Assembly: GCA_028534125.1 (NCBI GenBank)
Contig: CM052816.1
Location: 15,750,001 to 15,814,000 of the forward strand
Length of the DNA: 64,000 nt
Source of the DNA: Lama glama
Lineage: Eukaryota
Direction of reading: 5' to 3'
A program made the position numbers and the translations under genes. Below the pieces are notes generated by a model. It worked only from the letters and a program-made list of their open reading frames with translations. It did no database searches and had not been told where the DNA came from. Of this stretch, positions 24,721 through 38,099 are shown in pieces (within the stretch, counting starts at the first letter, position 1; every line of letters starts with the position of its first letter).

Positions 24721-27068
24721 GCAGGGCCTGGCCAGTCCACAGCGCTCAGGGAGCTGTCACTGCCTTCCTGGCCTCGGCTGTGCTCTGTGCTCTGGGCTCG
24801 CTCCTATCCATGTGCCACACCTCCATGAGTTCTGCTCAGCCATTGGAGCAAGGGCAGCAGCGCCTGCCACCACCGGTGACTCGAAGGGGATGCCCGTTCC
24901 GGCAAGCCCCAGGGAGTAGGAAGCTGCTGCTTCTGATAGATATTTCCCTCAGAACTGGACCAGGCATCAGGCACTTGTCACCCTCTGGTCTTCAGGAGCA
25001 GCTCCCTGGGGCCCTTGGGTTCTGTCCGTAGGCAGGGAGGTGAGAAGGTGCTCTGGGTGAGCAGAGCCTGTGCTGAGACCCACTTTGGTGCCCTCCCCGG
25101 GCAGCTGCGGGGTGCAGCAGTTTTGAGCTTTTCATGGATGGGCCAGGGTGTCCTCCCCTCCAGAAGCAGGCTTGCGTTATTGGGATGCAGTTGAGAAACC
25201 CCCGATTCTCACTTTTTTCTTCTGCAGGCAAGCCTTTTTTTAATGCCTATTTTGTACTAATCAGCAGGCTGGGCATATTCAAAGCCTTCATCTCCATTTA
25301 ATCCTCATAATTATCCTGGGGGTAGGTGGTCCCAGCCCCATTTTACAGAGGGAGCAGTTGAGGCTTACTAAAGTTAAAGTCACAAAATAAATTCCAGAGG
25401 TAGGTCTTGGGGCTTCAAATCAGCATTTCTGGACAATGATGCCCATTTTACTGGATCTCTGTCCCCTACTGGAGCTCCTGCCAGAGCTGCAACATAAAAA
25501 TGTCTTCAAAAAGCACTGGACTGGGAGTTGGGAGGCTTCAGTTGTAGTTGAGAATTTGGCCAAATTCCTTTCCTTTTCTGAATTTCTGTATAAGGAGGGG
25601 GTAGAGGTAGCAAGGCAGCCTCTGAGGTCTCTTTATTGGGAAAAGTCTAGGAGTTAAACACCACCTTCAGCCCAGTAGAGACAAGGAGCTAAGGGCCGAG
25701 TTTTCTTCTTCATAAAGAAAGCCTGTTTGCCTCTATCTGCTGGTTGAGTGTGTCTAGGAGTCCTCCGTAAGGTAATGGACGCTGTTGGTCGGCCCTGGCC
25801 ATACTAATGTGGGACAGCTTAAGCTAGGCTCTTGTAGTGTGGGATGACCTCCAATCTGAGACCTGAAGGAATTCAGGGTGCCTATTTTCAGGATCAAAAA
25901 TTCATGGATTTGGCTCAGTGAGCCACCCCTCTCCTCCCTACCCCACTATACCCATCCTAGTGTGGGCATCTTGGAAGGCTGATTAGGTAAGGGCTCCCTC
26001 CCAAAGTCAAGGTTGCAGGAGGAAAGCTGGTAGCAAACCATGTGGTGGGCTTCAGCAGGTGGGCACCAATAGTGCTTGGAAACCAGCTGTCATGCCTGCT
26101 GCTGACAACAGAGTATGTGTTGGGGCAGAGGTGGGAGTGGGCTATGAGTAGGAGATTGCACAGGTCTCTTAGTGGTCTCTTCCAGCATCTTCTACCCTGA
26201 GGAAGTCCTTCTTGAGGTCTAATGATAATCTTTCCTGCTGTCTCTTCTCTGCTTTCTCTTGCATTCTGCTTCCCAGTGGGCAGCTCTTCAGAATAGTTCC
26301 TTCAGGGAGTTGGCTGGTCAAACAGACCTAAGACCTGAGCTATAGGAACTTTGGAGACCTAGGACACTCTGGAATGGGGAAGTCATGGGAGAGAGTCGTG
26401 CTCTGAAACAAGAGATCAGGAGAAACCATGTCAATGAGAAGCAATAGTCTTAAATCCCTGCTATGTGATTGGTGAGGAGTGGGTGGAGGTGGGGGGTTCT
26501 GAATTCAAACCTGGTAGGATAAGTGCTTAAGCCAAGAGTGGCCTCTAGAGCCCAAGGCCTCCCTCAGAACTGCCCTCCAGGCCCATCTGAGGCTGCCGTG
26601 TCCTCTCATTTCATGCTCCGAGTGCCCAAGCCAGGGAGAACATAGACACTGGGCTGCTGGAGAGGGGTCTTAGCCAGGGCGGGCCCACATTTGGTTGAAA
26701 GATTGGGAGGTGCAAACATGGAGAGTGGGAGCAAGCTATCCATGAAAATCTTCAGCTTAGGTGGGGGAGGGAATCTGGAAAGCGGGAGGGGGAAAGGAAG
26801 GGAAAAGGAGGAAGTATTAATTGGCCTCCTTGTTCCTGACCACACATCCAGCAGCCCCCCACCTCCTCTTTGACAGATAGCAGAAAGGGTATCCCTTACA
26901 CTCACAAACTCAGGCCAATACGGGGAAATGGGCTTTTCGTTTTCCTCAACGCAGGAGTGCCGGGTGGGGCTGAACAACAGGTGTGAGCTCCACTCCATGA
27001 CTCACTGAGAGTCGTGGTATCCCTACCTGGGACTCGTTTTCCCCCATCCCTCATTTTCCCTTAAACCA

Positions 27069-27092
27069 GGGGGTGGGGGTGGGGGTGGGGGT
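27069..27092 (+). repeat. (GGGGGT)4 G-rich repeat
   Basis: Read directly. Confidence 0.9.
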
Positions 27093-29134
27093 GGCTGGCA
27101 TAGCCTTGCTGGCCTTGGCAGCAGTGAGCTTGGATAATAAGCTCACTCATGTACCTGGGGTCCAGCCTGTGTGGCCCCAGGCACTGACTGACCCTCCAGG
27201 CCTCTGGAAATGTGCTTTGCTCTCAGATCTCACCTCCTCCATGGCAAGGACAGATCCTCAGCCCTCAGGCTCTGTGTCTTTGAGAATCTGAGGAGAGCTG
27301 TGGGATTAGGGTGGGAGGAGGGGGGAAAGCTGGCCCCAAAGAAACTGATAACCCCTGAAAGTGCTGTGTTGTTTTGAAGAATGGCTTTGGAATTCGATTC
27401 TAAGTCACTAGTCTTTTCTGTGTGCCCCCTGAAAGACCGGTCAGGGTTTGATGGAAAGCTCCCCTCTGTTGGAGCTCCCATGTGAATTGGGACCCTGTGT
27501 CTGCCCACAGGAGAGCAGAGGGCAGGCTTTGGTCTTCACTGGGGTATGAAGGTGGATTAGCATCACTAGCTGAGAGCTCTGAACATATCTCATTTGAACA
27601 TGAGCAAAGAAATCCTTACGAGGCCTTTCTCTTTCATCTTTTCCATCTCCTGCCTTTGGTAAGACAGTGCCCAGACTTCTAGGATAAACTCCTGTCTGTA
27701 GGCTGTCCAGGGCCAGGTCAGAGGTGGTGATGTGCCTGCCTGTGTGCACATGGCTGAGCCACATCTGGCAGTTGCTTTTGGCAGCCTCCACCTCTGGCCT
27801 TGGCCCTTCGCTGACCCTGCTGAGCCCAGCACCTGGAGCGGTCCTCCTGCCCCTCTGGGACTCAGCCTGTGCCTCACGCTCTGCTCCCTGGCACCTCAGG
27901 TTTCATTAGGAACACTAACAACAAGCAGAGAGCGACTTTGCACTCCCCAGCAGGCTTTCATCCCGAGCTCAAAGCAGTTCACACACCAGGACTCATCAGT
28001 GCTCAGCCCAGGTCCCAGGCACTCAGCAGTGGGGACGAGGGGACAGAGAGCCCTAGTCCTTCCAGACTGGCACAGCAGTAGGGGTTGGGGTGGGGGAATC
28101 AGGTGGCCAGCAAGTCTGGGATAGAAGTAAAATTGGACCAAGGGCTTCAGGCTGCAAACAAAGGGAAGAGTCTCCCTTAAAAGAGTATGAGCTGGACCCT
28201 TCCTTCCCTCAGGCCCTCTGGCCCATGTGGCTTCTGTGAGCTGCTGGAAGAAGAGGCAGCAGAAGCCCTTGGACTCGTATATTGACCCGAATCCATAAGT
28301 CATCCTTCTTACTGCCCTCTGACCTTGGTGCTGGGGGCTTCCGGGCCAAGCCAGACCAGCCCTGACCTTAGGGTGGTGCCAGAGTGAGGAGTGTATGGTG
28401 GAAAAGGTGCTGGCCTAACACGGGCAAGCCCTAGCCCTGGCCTGGGGTGGGCTTCCCAGCGTGGCTACCCATGCCAGGTCGTCAGCCCCACTCATCCTGC
28501 TAGGCTTCCTCTGCTCTCTGGCCCACAAGGCTGGCCTGAGGGTTGGCATAGGGAAGAGAGGTTTTTTTAAAAAACAAAACAAACAAACAAAACACTGGCA
28601 AAGCACTACCAAGACTTGAGACCTGGGGTCCATCAGAACCACGTGCCCATTGTACTTTCCCACCATGTCTGAGCCTGCAGCCCACCATTTATAACTTAGC
28701 AGAGGCAAGTACCACACGTCCTGTCTTCCTCCAGCCCAGCCCTGGCCTAGCCATCCGTCCATTCATCAAGACTTCCAGGTCCTGGCCACGCAGTAACTAT
28801 ACAAACTGCATGTGCATTTGTTCACCGTTGTATATTCAGTTCTGCATTTATTGAGTCCTCCTACGTGAATAAATTGCAGCCCTTGCCCTCAAGAAGCTCA
28901 GACAGATCCTTACACAAATACCTATGGTTGGAACCAAATGTAAAGCCAGAGACGTGCAGTATATGGTGAGGAAAGGAAAAATTTGCTCTCCTAGGAGGGT
29001 GTACAGAGGGCTTCAAAGAGGAGGTGACATTTGAGTTGAGTCTGGATGGTGAGTAACGCCTTCCAAGAAGTAGGAACATGTCCATGCCTAACTTGCTTGG
29101 GGTGGAGGATAAGGGAGGAGTGGCGAGAAAGGAC

Positions 29135-29300
29135 GCATTTACTGAGCACTTACTACACACCAGTACTGGTTCTCTGAAGTATAGGGACTATTTTATCATC
29201 CCCACTTCACAGATGAGAAAACTAAGGCAGGGAGAGTCCATGACTTGCCTGTCATCTGGCATAAATTAGTGGCAGGATGGGATCTTAAGCTCAAGTCTGC
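29135..29300 (-). mobile_element. MIR SINE
   Basis: atccccacttcacagatgagaaaactaaggcag MIR core, reversed. Confidence 0.65.
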
Positions 29301-29744
29301 CCCCTCCTCTGCCTTGCCACATACAGACTACCTGGCTCTGGACTCTTCCACTGTCTGTGCCCCTCAAGACAAACCAGTGAGGAACATTGGATGCTCTGTT
29401 GGTCCACTTGTTGGATCAGGTCCTTCCCATCACACAACTGCTTCCTGGGATGTTGGACAGGGTTTAAGAATACAAAGATGAGCAGGTTGAGTTCCTGCCC
29501 TCAGAAGGAGCTTGCATTGTGATTGGGGCAGTAAGGTGTGAACAGGAACTCTGGGGCACTGACTCAATGAGGCTGTACCAACAGAGAAGAGTTCCTGTGA
29601 AGCCCGAGGTTATTATGGTCAAGTTGTCTAGCCAGAAATCAAACTGGGGGTCCAGAGAATCCAGCTAGATCTAGCACCAGTCTGGGTAGTTTTCTGGTCC
29701 TGTGGAGCCCCTTGTGCAAAAGGTGAAGATTTACAGTGGGAAAC

Positions 29745-29903
29745 TGGTTTAAAGAATCAATTTGAAACTTGCTAGTAATCCAAGCTCTCGGTCCCCCTAC
29801 CCCTGACCTTCTAAATCAGAAACTGTGGGGATGGGGCCAGCATGTATGTTTCAGCAAGCTCTCTGGCTGACTGTGATGTGTGCTACAGTGTGAGAACCAC
29901 TGG
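29745..29903. mobile_element. MER5-like hAT DNA transposon relic
   Basis: aatcagaaactgtggggatggggccagcat...gtttcagcaagctc...gtgtgagaaccactg. Confidence 0.65.
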
Positions 29904-31789
29904 CTGAGCTGTGGCCCAGCCTCCCAGAGCAGAGCTCTGCAGAGGGCCTGCCAGCCCCACCACTGCTCACCCAGCACATCAGCATCTGTGGCAGGCACGA
30001 AGCTCATGGGCTACAAGGGGAACGGGGTTGCCACCTTGCAGACTGAGAAAGATGGGGACAGACCTAACTACAGTTGCAAGGCTGACCCTGGAAAGGAGTG
30101 ACACAGAGTGGATAGAAGAGAGACTCAGTCCCATCAGAGGAATCTGGGGAGGCCTTCTGGAGGAGATGGGGCTGAGGTAGACCTTGGAGAAATGGAAGCA
30201 CTGTGGTAGAGAGATCTGAAGGGACCGGGCATTCCAGCTGAGGAAACCACGTGAACAAAAATGGGGAACAGAGGGTGTTTGGGAAATCAAGAGGAACGCT
30301 GCCCAACAGGAGAGAGAGACCATCAGGGCCAAACAGGTTTTCCAGATGTCAGGCCGGTGAGTTTAGACTTCTCTGAAACAGCAGGGAGTGAAGTCGGAGG
30401 CTGACCTGGTCTCCCAGAGCCGCTATTTGGGCAATAGCCACCACTGGTTTGTGGAAGGATGGGCAAGAGGAGGGCACAGCCAGGGCTCCTGCAGTAGTCC
30501 CAGCCGATTAGTTCGGACCTGTGTGGTGATGGTGGGTGGGGGGCGCTGTGGGCTTTGCCTAGGGACAGCGCACCAGCCGGCAGCACTTTAGAAGGATTCT
30601 GGAGGCTTGGGCCTGGCTGAGGCCTGTGACATCTCTTGCAGTCAGCCAAGGCTGGAGCTGAGCTCATGGTCCAGTTCCTTCATGTACAAATGGGGAAACT
30701 GAGGCCCAGAGAGAGAAGTTTGCACACCCACAAGGCAAAAGTTGTGGCAGCTACCTGGCCAGGAGAGCAGTGGCTTCTGGCGACACTGTCCCTCCCCCGA
30801 CCACTGTGGCCTGGATTCCCTGAGTGCACCGTGGTCTCCTGCTGCGCTCCTTTGAACTTGTTGTTCCCTTTGCCAGGAGCACTGTCTCCCATCTCTCTCA
30901 GCCAATTCCTGTCACCCTTCAGGCCCAGCACAGGCTTTGCCCCCTCCGCAGAGCCTTCCCTGGCCCCAAAGGGAGGAGGGGGGCTGCAGTGTATCCTCTG
31001 TGCCGCCAACGCCTCCCCGTTTCAGTATTGATCCCCCTGTGTGGGCAGTACCCCCACTTAGTAGAACCCTACCGGGGCGAGGCCGTGTCACCTGACCCTC
31101 AGCACCCAGCACGTCCGGAGAGCCCAGTGCATGCTGAGCGAAGTTGTGAAGGAGGCCGTTACGAGCTCATCCCCACTGTGCACGGGCACCTAGTGGTCCC
31201 CTTCTCCTCTTTGAGGAGGAACAGTCTCACGGGAAGAGCTTGCCCTGGCTGAGCTTCCTGCCCTCAGCCAGGGGCCGCTCAGCCATCGGACCCCAGGGGT
31301 CCAAGCAAGAGTCGTCCTTCAGTGAGGCCCCCCTTGCACCATCTGCTCTGCTCTCCTGGGGCAGATGCCTGTTTTGGCTGAGGGGGCAGGAAAGGGCCGA
31401 GTTGAAGAGGTATGTTGGGTGGGCCCTGGCATTAGCCATCAAGAGGCCCCACCCTCCCGAGTCCTTGTAGCAGTCTTGATCTGGGCCATGGTGAGGCACC
31501 CATTAGTCACAGCCCAGACTTACATCATTAATTCATTCTTCCAGCCAGTGAGCAGTGAGCACCTACTCAGTGCAGGCACCAGGAGTGTAGCAATGCTAGA
31601 CACTTCCCCTCCTTGAGGTCCTCGGTCTAGAAAGATAAGAACCCAGTTTGCTCCCAGGTAGGAAGCCCCAAGTAGGCAGGTGAAATGCTCAAGGAGTCTA
31701 TGTGAGGCAGCGGTTGCTCTTGGCTGGGTGGATTAGAGACAGTGGTGGCATCTAAGGTGATCTTGAGGGATTTAAATTCATAAGAACCG

Positions 31790-31995
31790 CCAGCTATATT
31801 GAGCTCTCTCTGTTCCAGGCACCGTGCTAAGTTCTTGACATACATTATCCTCATTTAATTCTTACCACAGTCTTGAGAGGTGGGTGACGATGTCCCTGTT
31901 TTACAGCCAAGGAACTAAGGCTCAGAGAGGTTAAGTAACTTGTCTAGTCATACAAGACACTGGGCAGAGCCAGAATGCCTCTGTGTCTGACTCTA
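31790..31995 (-). mobile_element. MIR SINE
   Basis: cctcatttaattcttaccacag...ctaaggctcagagaggttaagtaacttg. Confidence 0.75.
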
Positions 31996-34900
31996 ACTGC
32001 TTCTATGTGGGGAGGGGAGTGGCATGGTGGTGGTGGGGGTGGGGAACGTGAGTAGAGCGTATGAGGCAGGCAGAATACAAAGCAGGCACATTTGGGGAAC
32101 AGCCTGTGATTTGGTTTGCCTGGAATATACAACTCCTGAATGAAGGGAAGTGGGAGGGAGAGGTGTGTATGGGAAGGGGGCCATTCACTGACCCAGTGAG
32201 CACCCCCACTGGCTGCTAGCCAAGGAAGGCCTCAGCTTTTCTTTTACAGACATCATGGAGCCAAGGAAGGTTTCTCAATTCCCAGTGTCCACTGTTGGTG
32301 GAGTGGTTCTGGGGGAGCAGTATGGCCTGAAACAGGGCCTAGCAGATGGAGGGTTATGAGGGTGAGGCTTGGTGGAAGGTGATTGGCCTCCACCTTTAGG
32401 GAGGATCAAGACAGACACAGAGTTGTCCAGTAGACAAGGTGACTGAACAAGGGAACCCAGGAGAAAGAGCAGTCTTGGTTGAGAAGATGGAGAAACTGGT
32501 TTTCCACATGTTGCATGTGAGCTAGTGACTGAAGGTCTAGGCAGTGATTTGTTTTAAGGTGAGTTCTTTCCAGAGTCCTCTCTCACTAGCCTGGACCACT
32601 AGGACCACATCTCAGCCCTCCCAGACCCCAGAGTGCTTCATCTAGGACTTTCCCTGGATGACTTGCCAGGAGGGTGGCCAGGCGTCTGGCAGCCTGGGCC
32701 TCCTGCACCCACTGGGGTATCTGCATTTGGCGAGCACATGGGCCTGTATCCTTGCCTACTAAGACCTTTCTCTGAAACCTAACATTTCTTTGAATTCTTG
32801 TATTTTTATTTTATCTTAAAATCCACATAAACTTGATATTGTACTCCATCATAGGTTTGTTTTCATACAAATGTGCTGCTTTTCCTTAATGAGCTTGGCA
32901 AAAACTTCAGAAAGAGGCCCACTGAGGTCATCCTGTGGCTTTGCGTGCATCTCAGTTTGAGAAGCCAGTCTTGTCTGGTGTAGAAGGTGCCTCCCCTTTT
33001 CCTGACCCCACTTCATTTCCCCATGACCCAGAGCTTCAGGAACAACTTTCTCCAGCCAGGCTCATGAGGCCGAAAGTGCAGACCCATCCCAAAGGGGACA
33101 GGGGCTCTGGAATCCCCTCCTCAGCTCTCTCTGGTTTCCTCAAACAAGGGGTGGCCTAGTCCATCAGCAGCAGGCTTTCTTCACTAAGGGCTCCCCGGGG
33201 CCAGGGCTCAGCCTTCCCCAACAAGGAGACTAAGCAGAGTTGGCCACGTGGTAATGGCCTTCCAGGACCATCATCTGCTTTGTCCCTACCTCCACCCCCA
33301 GCAGTGAAAGAGATGAGAATCTCTTCCATCTGTCCATAGAGAGCTTTCTCTAAGACAGGCAGGGTGTCATTTATAGGTGAGTCACCTGAGGCCTAGAGAG
33401 GCTAACCCACTCACCTAAGGATGGACAGCTGGAAAGTGGGGAGAGCAGGATGAAGACCTGGGCTGTTGTGTCCTCAGTCATCACTCTTTCCTCTGTTTTG
33501 TGCAGCTCCTCTGAGCCAAAATGAGGTGTCTGTGGCCTGTGCCCCAAGCGCTGATGAGAACCAGGGACACTGCGCATCTGTGCTAGTACCTGAATGCTGC
33601 CCTGGCAACTGGTACCTCTGCTCTGTGACCCTGTGCCATCTTCCCAGGCAGAGGTGGCCTTCCCCACACTCCCCCATCTCTGCTGCCCGTGTCCTACGTC
33701 TCAGTCCTGAGCCTGGGCAAGGAACCGCATGAGAGGGCCCCGAGGCGGCAGCGCTTGTCAGGCTGCCTGGCTCCTGGCAGAGGGGCTGGGGCGGGGCGGG
33801 CACAGTGCTGGCCCTGGTGGCCAGGCTGGGCCTGTTCATGCCCTGCCCTCACACTGGAGGGCTGAGTGTCAGCGGTTGGGTTCTGCTGGATGGTCAGGGG
33901 AAGCTAAAGGCAGGAAATATCTCTGCTGGTCTTAGAGATGCCAAGTTTTGCCTCCTCCATCCTCCCTTCCCCTTCTTACCACCCCACCCCCCACCTGCAC
34001 CAGCATCTGCCTCCCCTCCCTAGCTCCCATTCCCAACCAGCCCTGGCCCCTCTTCTCTACCTTGTAGCTGAGGTGCCAGGCTCCTGGCCTGCTAAGCTGA
34101 GAGCCCATCAGGTCCAGGCTGGCTTTCCCTGATGCAGGGAAAGTGGCCCTCAGTGAGGCTCTGCCCCATCCCAGTCTCGGTGGAGCCCGACCACAGGGGC
34201 TGTGTCTTGCTCAGCACCAGATCCCTGATGCTTGGTAGGGGCCTGGCACATCACAGTGACTGTTGGAGGTGGGTATTTGTTGGATGGATGTGAGAAGAGG
34301 GCAAGGCAAGCCCAGGCATCAGGCTCTGCCTGGTTTGCCGAGGAGTGGTGGCTCAGGGAAAGCCAAGGGGCCCAGCGGGGCACACACTCCCTCTGGGAGG
34401 CCTGGCCTGTGCACATCGAGTGGCTCCCGGGCAGGCCACGGGGAGGACGCCGGAAGGCCCATTTCAGAGCAGGCCCTCTGTGCCCACTCAAACCAGCTGT
34501 AGGGTTAGTTGTTGTTTTCTTTCTTTCTTTTTCATTTGAACTTGGAGTCTGTAATTAACCTCCAATAGGTCACAGTCACTTTGTGGATGGGAGAAGGGTG
34601 GGGAGGGGGCCAGCTCGCAGCCTGTCAGCAGCAGGACAGTGCGAGACTTTGATGCCAGGCGGGCTGGCCGCATTGTCTCCAGGTGTTGCCCTGCAAAGGG
34701 GACTGCTCAGCCTTAGTCATGAGGTGAGGATCATTAACCCTTTTAAGAGTCCACTGCCCCTGCCCCCTGGTTGCTGGGAGGGAGGCTGGGCCAGGGCCTC
34801 CTGGCTGGGCTGCCTGGCCGTGTCCCGGGCGTCTGTCTTGCTCTCAGATCTCTGCGGGCTCCGCACCCACCGCCCACTGCTGAGAGGAATGAGGTCAGGC

Positions 34901-37660
34901 TGCTGGCAGCAGCGGTACCTCCTGGCCTCGGGGCTGGGATGTGGGAAAGGAGCAGCCCTGGTTGTTCTGACTGTTGTTATCTTCAGACAGGTGCTTTCTG
35001 GGGATTCCTTGTCACACAGATGCAGGCCAGATGCCCTGGCTTGGCATCAGGTGACGAGGAAGCAGAAGCCCCCAGATACCCACGGTCCGACCTGTGGCAG
35101 CTGAAGTGTGTCTTAAGGTTTTATGGGACCCTCCGTCAAAGGAAATCTTTTTGTAGAGACCCAGGTCGTCCGTGAGAGACCTTCCTCTTACTATAAAGTT
35201 GCCAGAGGGGATGTCCCCACACCCCCGCTCCAGAACGTCCTAGTCCTGCCGCTTAGTTGGACCCCGTTCCAGGAAGAAGGAAATGGGTCGAAATAACCTC
35301 TCAAGGAGGATGGGAGGTCAGGAGACACGGCTTGGCCTGAGGAGGAGACGTTATGGGAGGTGAAGGGACCAACACCCAAGGGCCACTGAGGCCGTCAGCT
35401 TGCCGCCTGACCCTCCATGTGTGGAGAAGGAGCAGCCCCAGGGGAAGCGGGGTATCAGTGACAGGTGTGGAGGCAAGGTGTTGGAATTTCCATCCCCTTC
35501 TTTTGAGCACACATCTTCCTCTTGCTTCTCCCTGAAGCCTCTCATCTGTCCGCTCTTCTCTGTGCTGGGCCTTTGAGAGTCCCCTCTCTGTGCCATGACA
35601 GACACACGGACCCTCAGGGCTGTGACTCCTCCCTTTGGCAGCAAAGCTGAATTTACAGAGAAGTTTTTGGCAGTATCGTTAATATTAGCAGAACATTGGA
35701 GACAACCTAACAAATTCATCTGAGCAACGGAATATTATGCAGCCTCTAAAATTATTTAGATCTAAAGTTCTAGACTTGGGGAAATGTCTTTACAACGTAT
35801 TGACCAGAAAAAAAGTAGGATATAAGCTGTTTTAAAGAGAAAAGTCTTGCAGGAGATATTTGAAAATGTTGACAGTGGTTCTCTCTCTGGTGGTAATTGA
35901 ACGGGTTAAACGTGCTTTTCTTTTTCCTTACTTGTGTTGTATAATTTTTCTACAACAGAAATGTATTTCTTATGTAACAAAACAATAACAGAGAACAACA
36001 AGCTAGACTCCGCAGTGTGTGGGAGTGATTACTCCGTATGTGGCTAGATCCATCACTGTCTGGGACAAAGCCCAGAACCTGGCACAGAGTAGGCACTCAG
36101 TAATCACATGTTGACTGACTAAGGGGCTGAGAGACTGTGGCTGGTCCTGGATCCGGGGGGAGAAGCAATGGGGCTCAGGATAAGAATGAGCTTAATATGC
36201 AGAAAGTAAGATCAAATCCTTTCTCAACTTACAAACTTCTGATGCTTTCCCATCACATCTACAAAAATCCAAGGCCGTCTGGGGCAGGTTGTCCACACTT
36301 CTCGCCACAGAAAGCCTGATGAGGCTCCAGGCCCAGCAGTGAGGGTGCAGAGGTCCTCTGGGCAGTGTTCCTGGTGCCACCCAGTGGGCATTCTGAGCTG
36401 CCACCCCTCCCTCCTAGGGACTTGCCTGAAGCATAAAATGCAACCTGTTCTTGGGGTCCTCTTCCTTTTCCAAACACCTATCTTTGGCTTTCAAAGAGCC
36501 GTGAACTAAGATATCTGGGAGGGAGGAGGACCAGATGCTGCTGGAACAGGAGACAGTTTTCGGCATCTCAGATGATGACTGTGAGGAACCGTTAAGAGAT
36601 AGAAAAGAATACTCTTGGTAAAGAACAGGGCATGATTCAAATGTACACTAACTTCTATTTTGTCATTCTTTAGACCAGGGCTGTCTCATAGGAATCTAGT
36701 GTGATCTGCATACCTAATTTCAATTTTTCTAGTAGGCACAGAAACAGTGGGAAAAGAAAAGGCAAAACAGACCCAGACTTCTCGTCCTGGCTCACATAGC
36801 CTCACGTCAGCCACCTGGGCCTACTTCCCCTCATGCCACCCCTGCTTTCCAGAATCTTCCAGCCACCTGGGCATCTTTCATCCCTTGAACTCACCGAACT
36901 CATTCTCACCTCAAGGCCTTTATCCCAGGGCTTATTACTGCCTCATGTTTCCTGAGATTTTTTGCTATTATCTACCCTCCTCACTAATGCAGGCTGTCTA
37001 GGAGCAGGAAGCTTATCTGTCTCGTTCACTGCTCTACACCCAGGCCCCAGAGCAGTGCCCGGCATGTAGTAGGATGAACGAATGGATGAATGGGGAACAA
37101 GTGAGCAGGCTGTCAAGAAGTGGCTGTTGGGTCTCACAGGGTTCCCACTAGATGGGGTGGCTCCTTGTGATGGGAAACAGTCCTGGGTTTTCCATTGGTG
37201 GCAGGGACTGACTTTGACGCCCCTAGTTCCTCAGGCCCTCTGAATTGGGTCGTGCCTGCTGTTTCTGGGTCTCTATGTGACCATCACCACCACCGCTGGG
37301 CAGTGGCCATGGGCCTAGTGCATAGTACTACACCAGGACACATGTCAGGAGGTAGTAGAGTGACCACCATCTCCTCCCACCAGGCTCATCGGGAGGGAGG
37401 GGGAGTCAGGGGGCTCCTTTGTCTCAGAACCTCAAGGAAAGTCAGTGCTCTCCAAACAGGGGAAGGAATCACCTGAGAACCTGAAAAGAGCTCTTTGTGT
37501 CCCAGCTCACAAGAAGGGGGAGGAGCCTAGTTGGAGGTCACCAGATGATCAAGAGGGTAGATCACTGGGTGTCAACCGAACCTTGGAGCAAAATAGCCAG
37601 CTGTGAAGATGCGTTCAGTATGCAGCTAGTCCTGAGCTGTACACTTAGGATGTGTGCACT

Positions 37661-37696
37661 ATCACTTCTTGGCCTTTTGGTTAAGATCAAGTGTAG
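37661..37696 (+). pseudogene. 3'-truncated (tailless) U2 snRNA retropseudogene
   Basis: ATCACTTCTTGGCCTTTTGGTTAAGATCAAGTGTAG matches U2 nt 1-36 (ATCGCTTCTCGGCCTTTTGGCTAAGATCAAGTGTAG) with 3 transitions. Flanked by the 15-bp direct repeat taggatgtgtgcact (37646-37660) / taggatatgtgcact (37694-37708). Confidence 0.92.
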
Positions 37697-37797
37697 GATA
37701 TGTGCACTTGCCTGGGATGTTACATATTTATCATATATTTTTAAAACCCACACACCTGGACCTCCTTCTCACAGGCCCTGCTTCAGAATGTCTAGGA

Positions 37798-37859
37798 TAG
37801 TACACCAGAAATTGACATATTGTAACTGACTATACTTCAATTTAAAAAGAGAGAGAGAG
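37798..37859 (+). mobile_element. 62-bp L1 3' tip with perfect 13-bp TSD
   Basis: gtacaccagaaattgacatattgtaactgactatacttcaat plus an A/GA tail. TSD agaatgtctagga at 37785-37797 and 37860-37872. Confidence 0.85.
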
Positions 37860-38099
37860 AGAATGTCTAGGACATGTCCCAGGCACCTACATACTTTTTA
37901 AAGCTCCCCCTATGGTTCTTATTAGCATCTAGGGCTAAGAACTATTGATGAAGAGTGACTGGGGGCCCCAGAGCAAGCAGATGGAAGAGGGTGTGGTGTA
38001 CGTAAGAGCAAAGGATGCTGAGGCAGGACTTCAATTACACTTAGAATAATGAATGAAGTTCCTGAAAGGCCCACAGATTGATAGGTTGATATGCATCCA

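Noticed and set aside
37661..37696. Functional U2 snRNA gene
   Set aside because: Only the first 36 nt are present, with no Sm site or 3' stem-loops, and it is flanked by a TSD, so it is a retrocopy.
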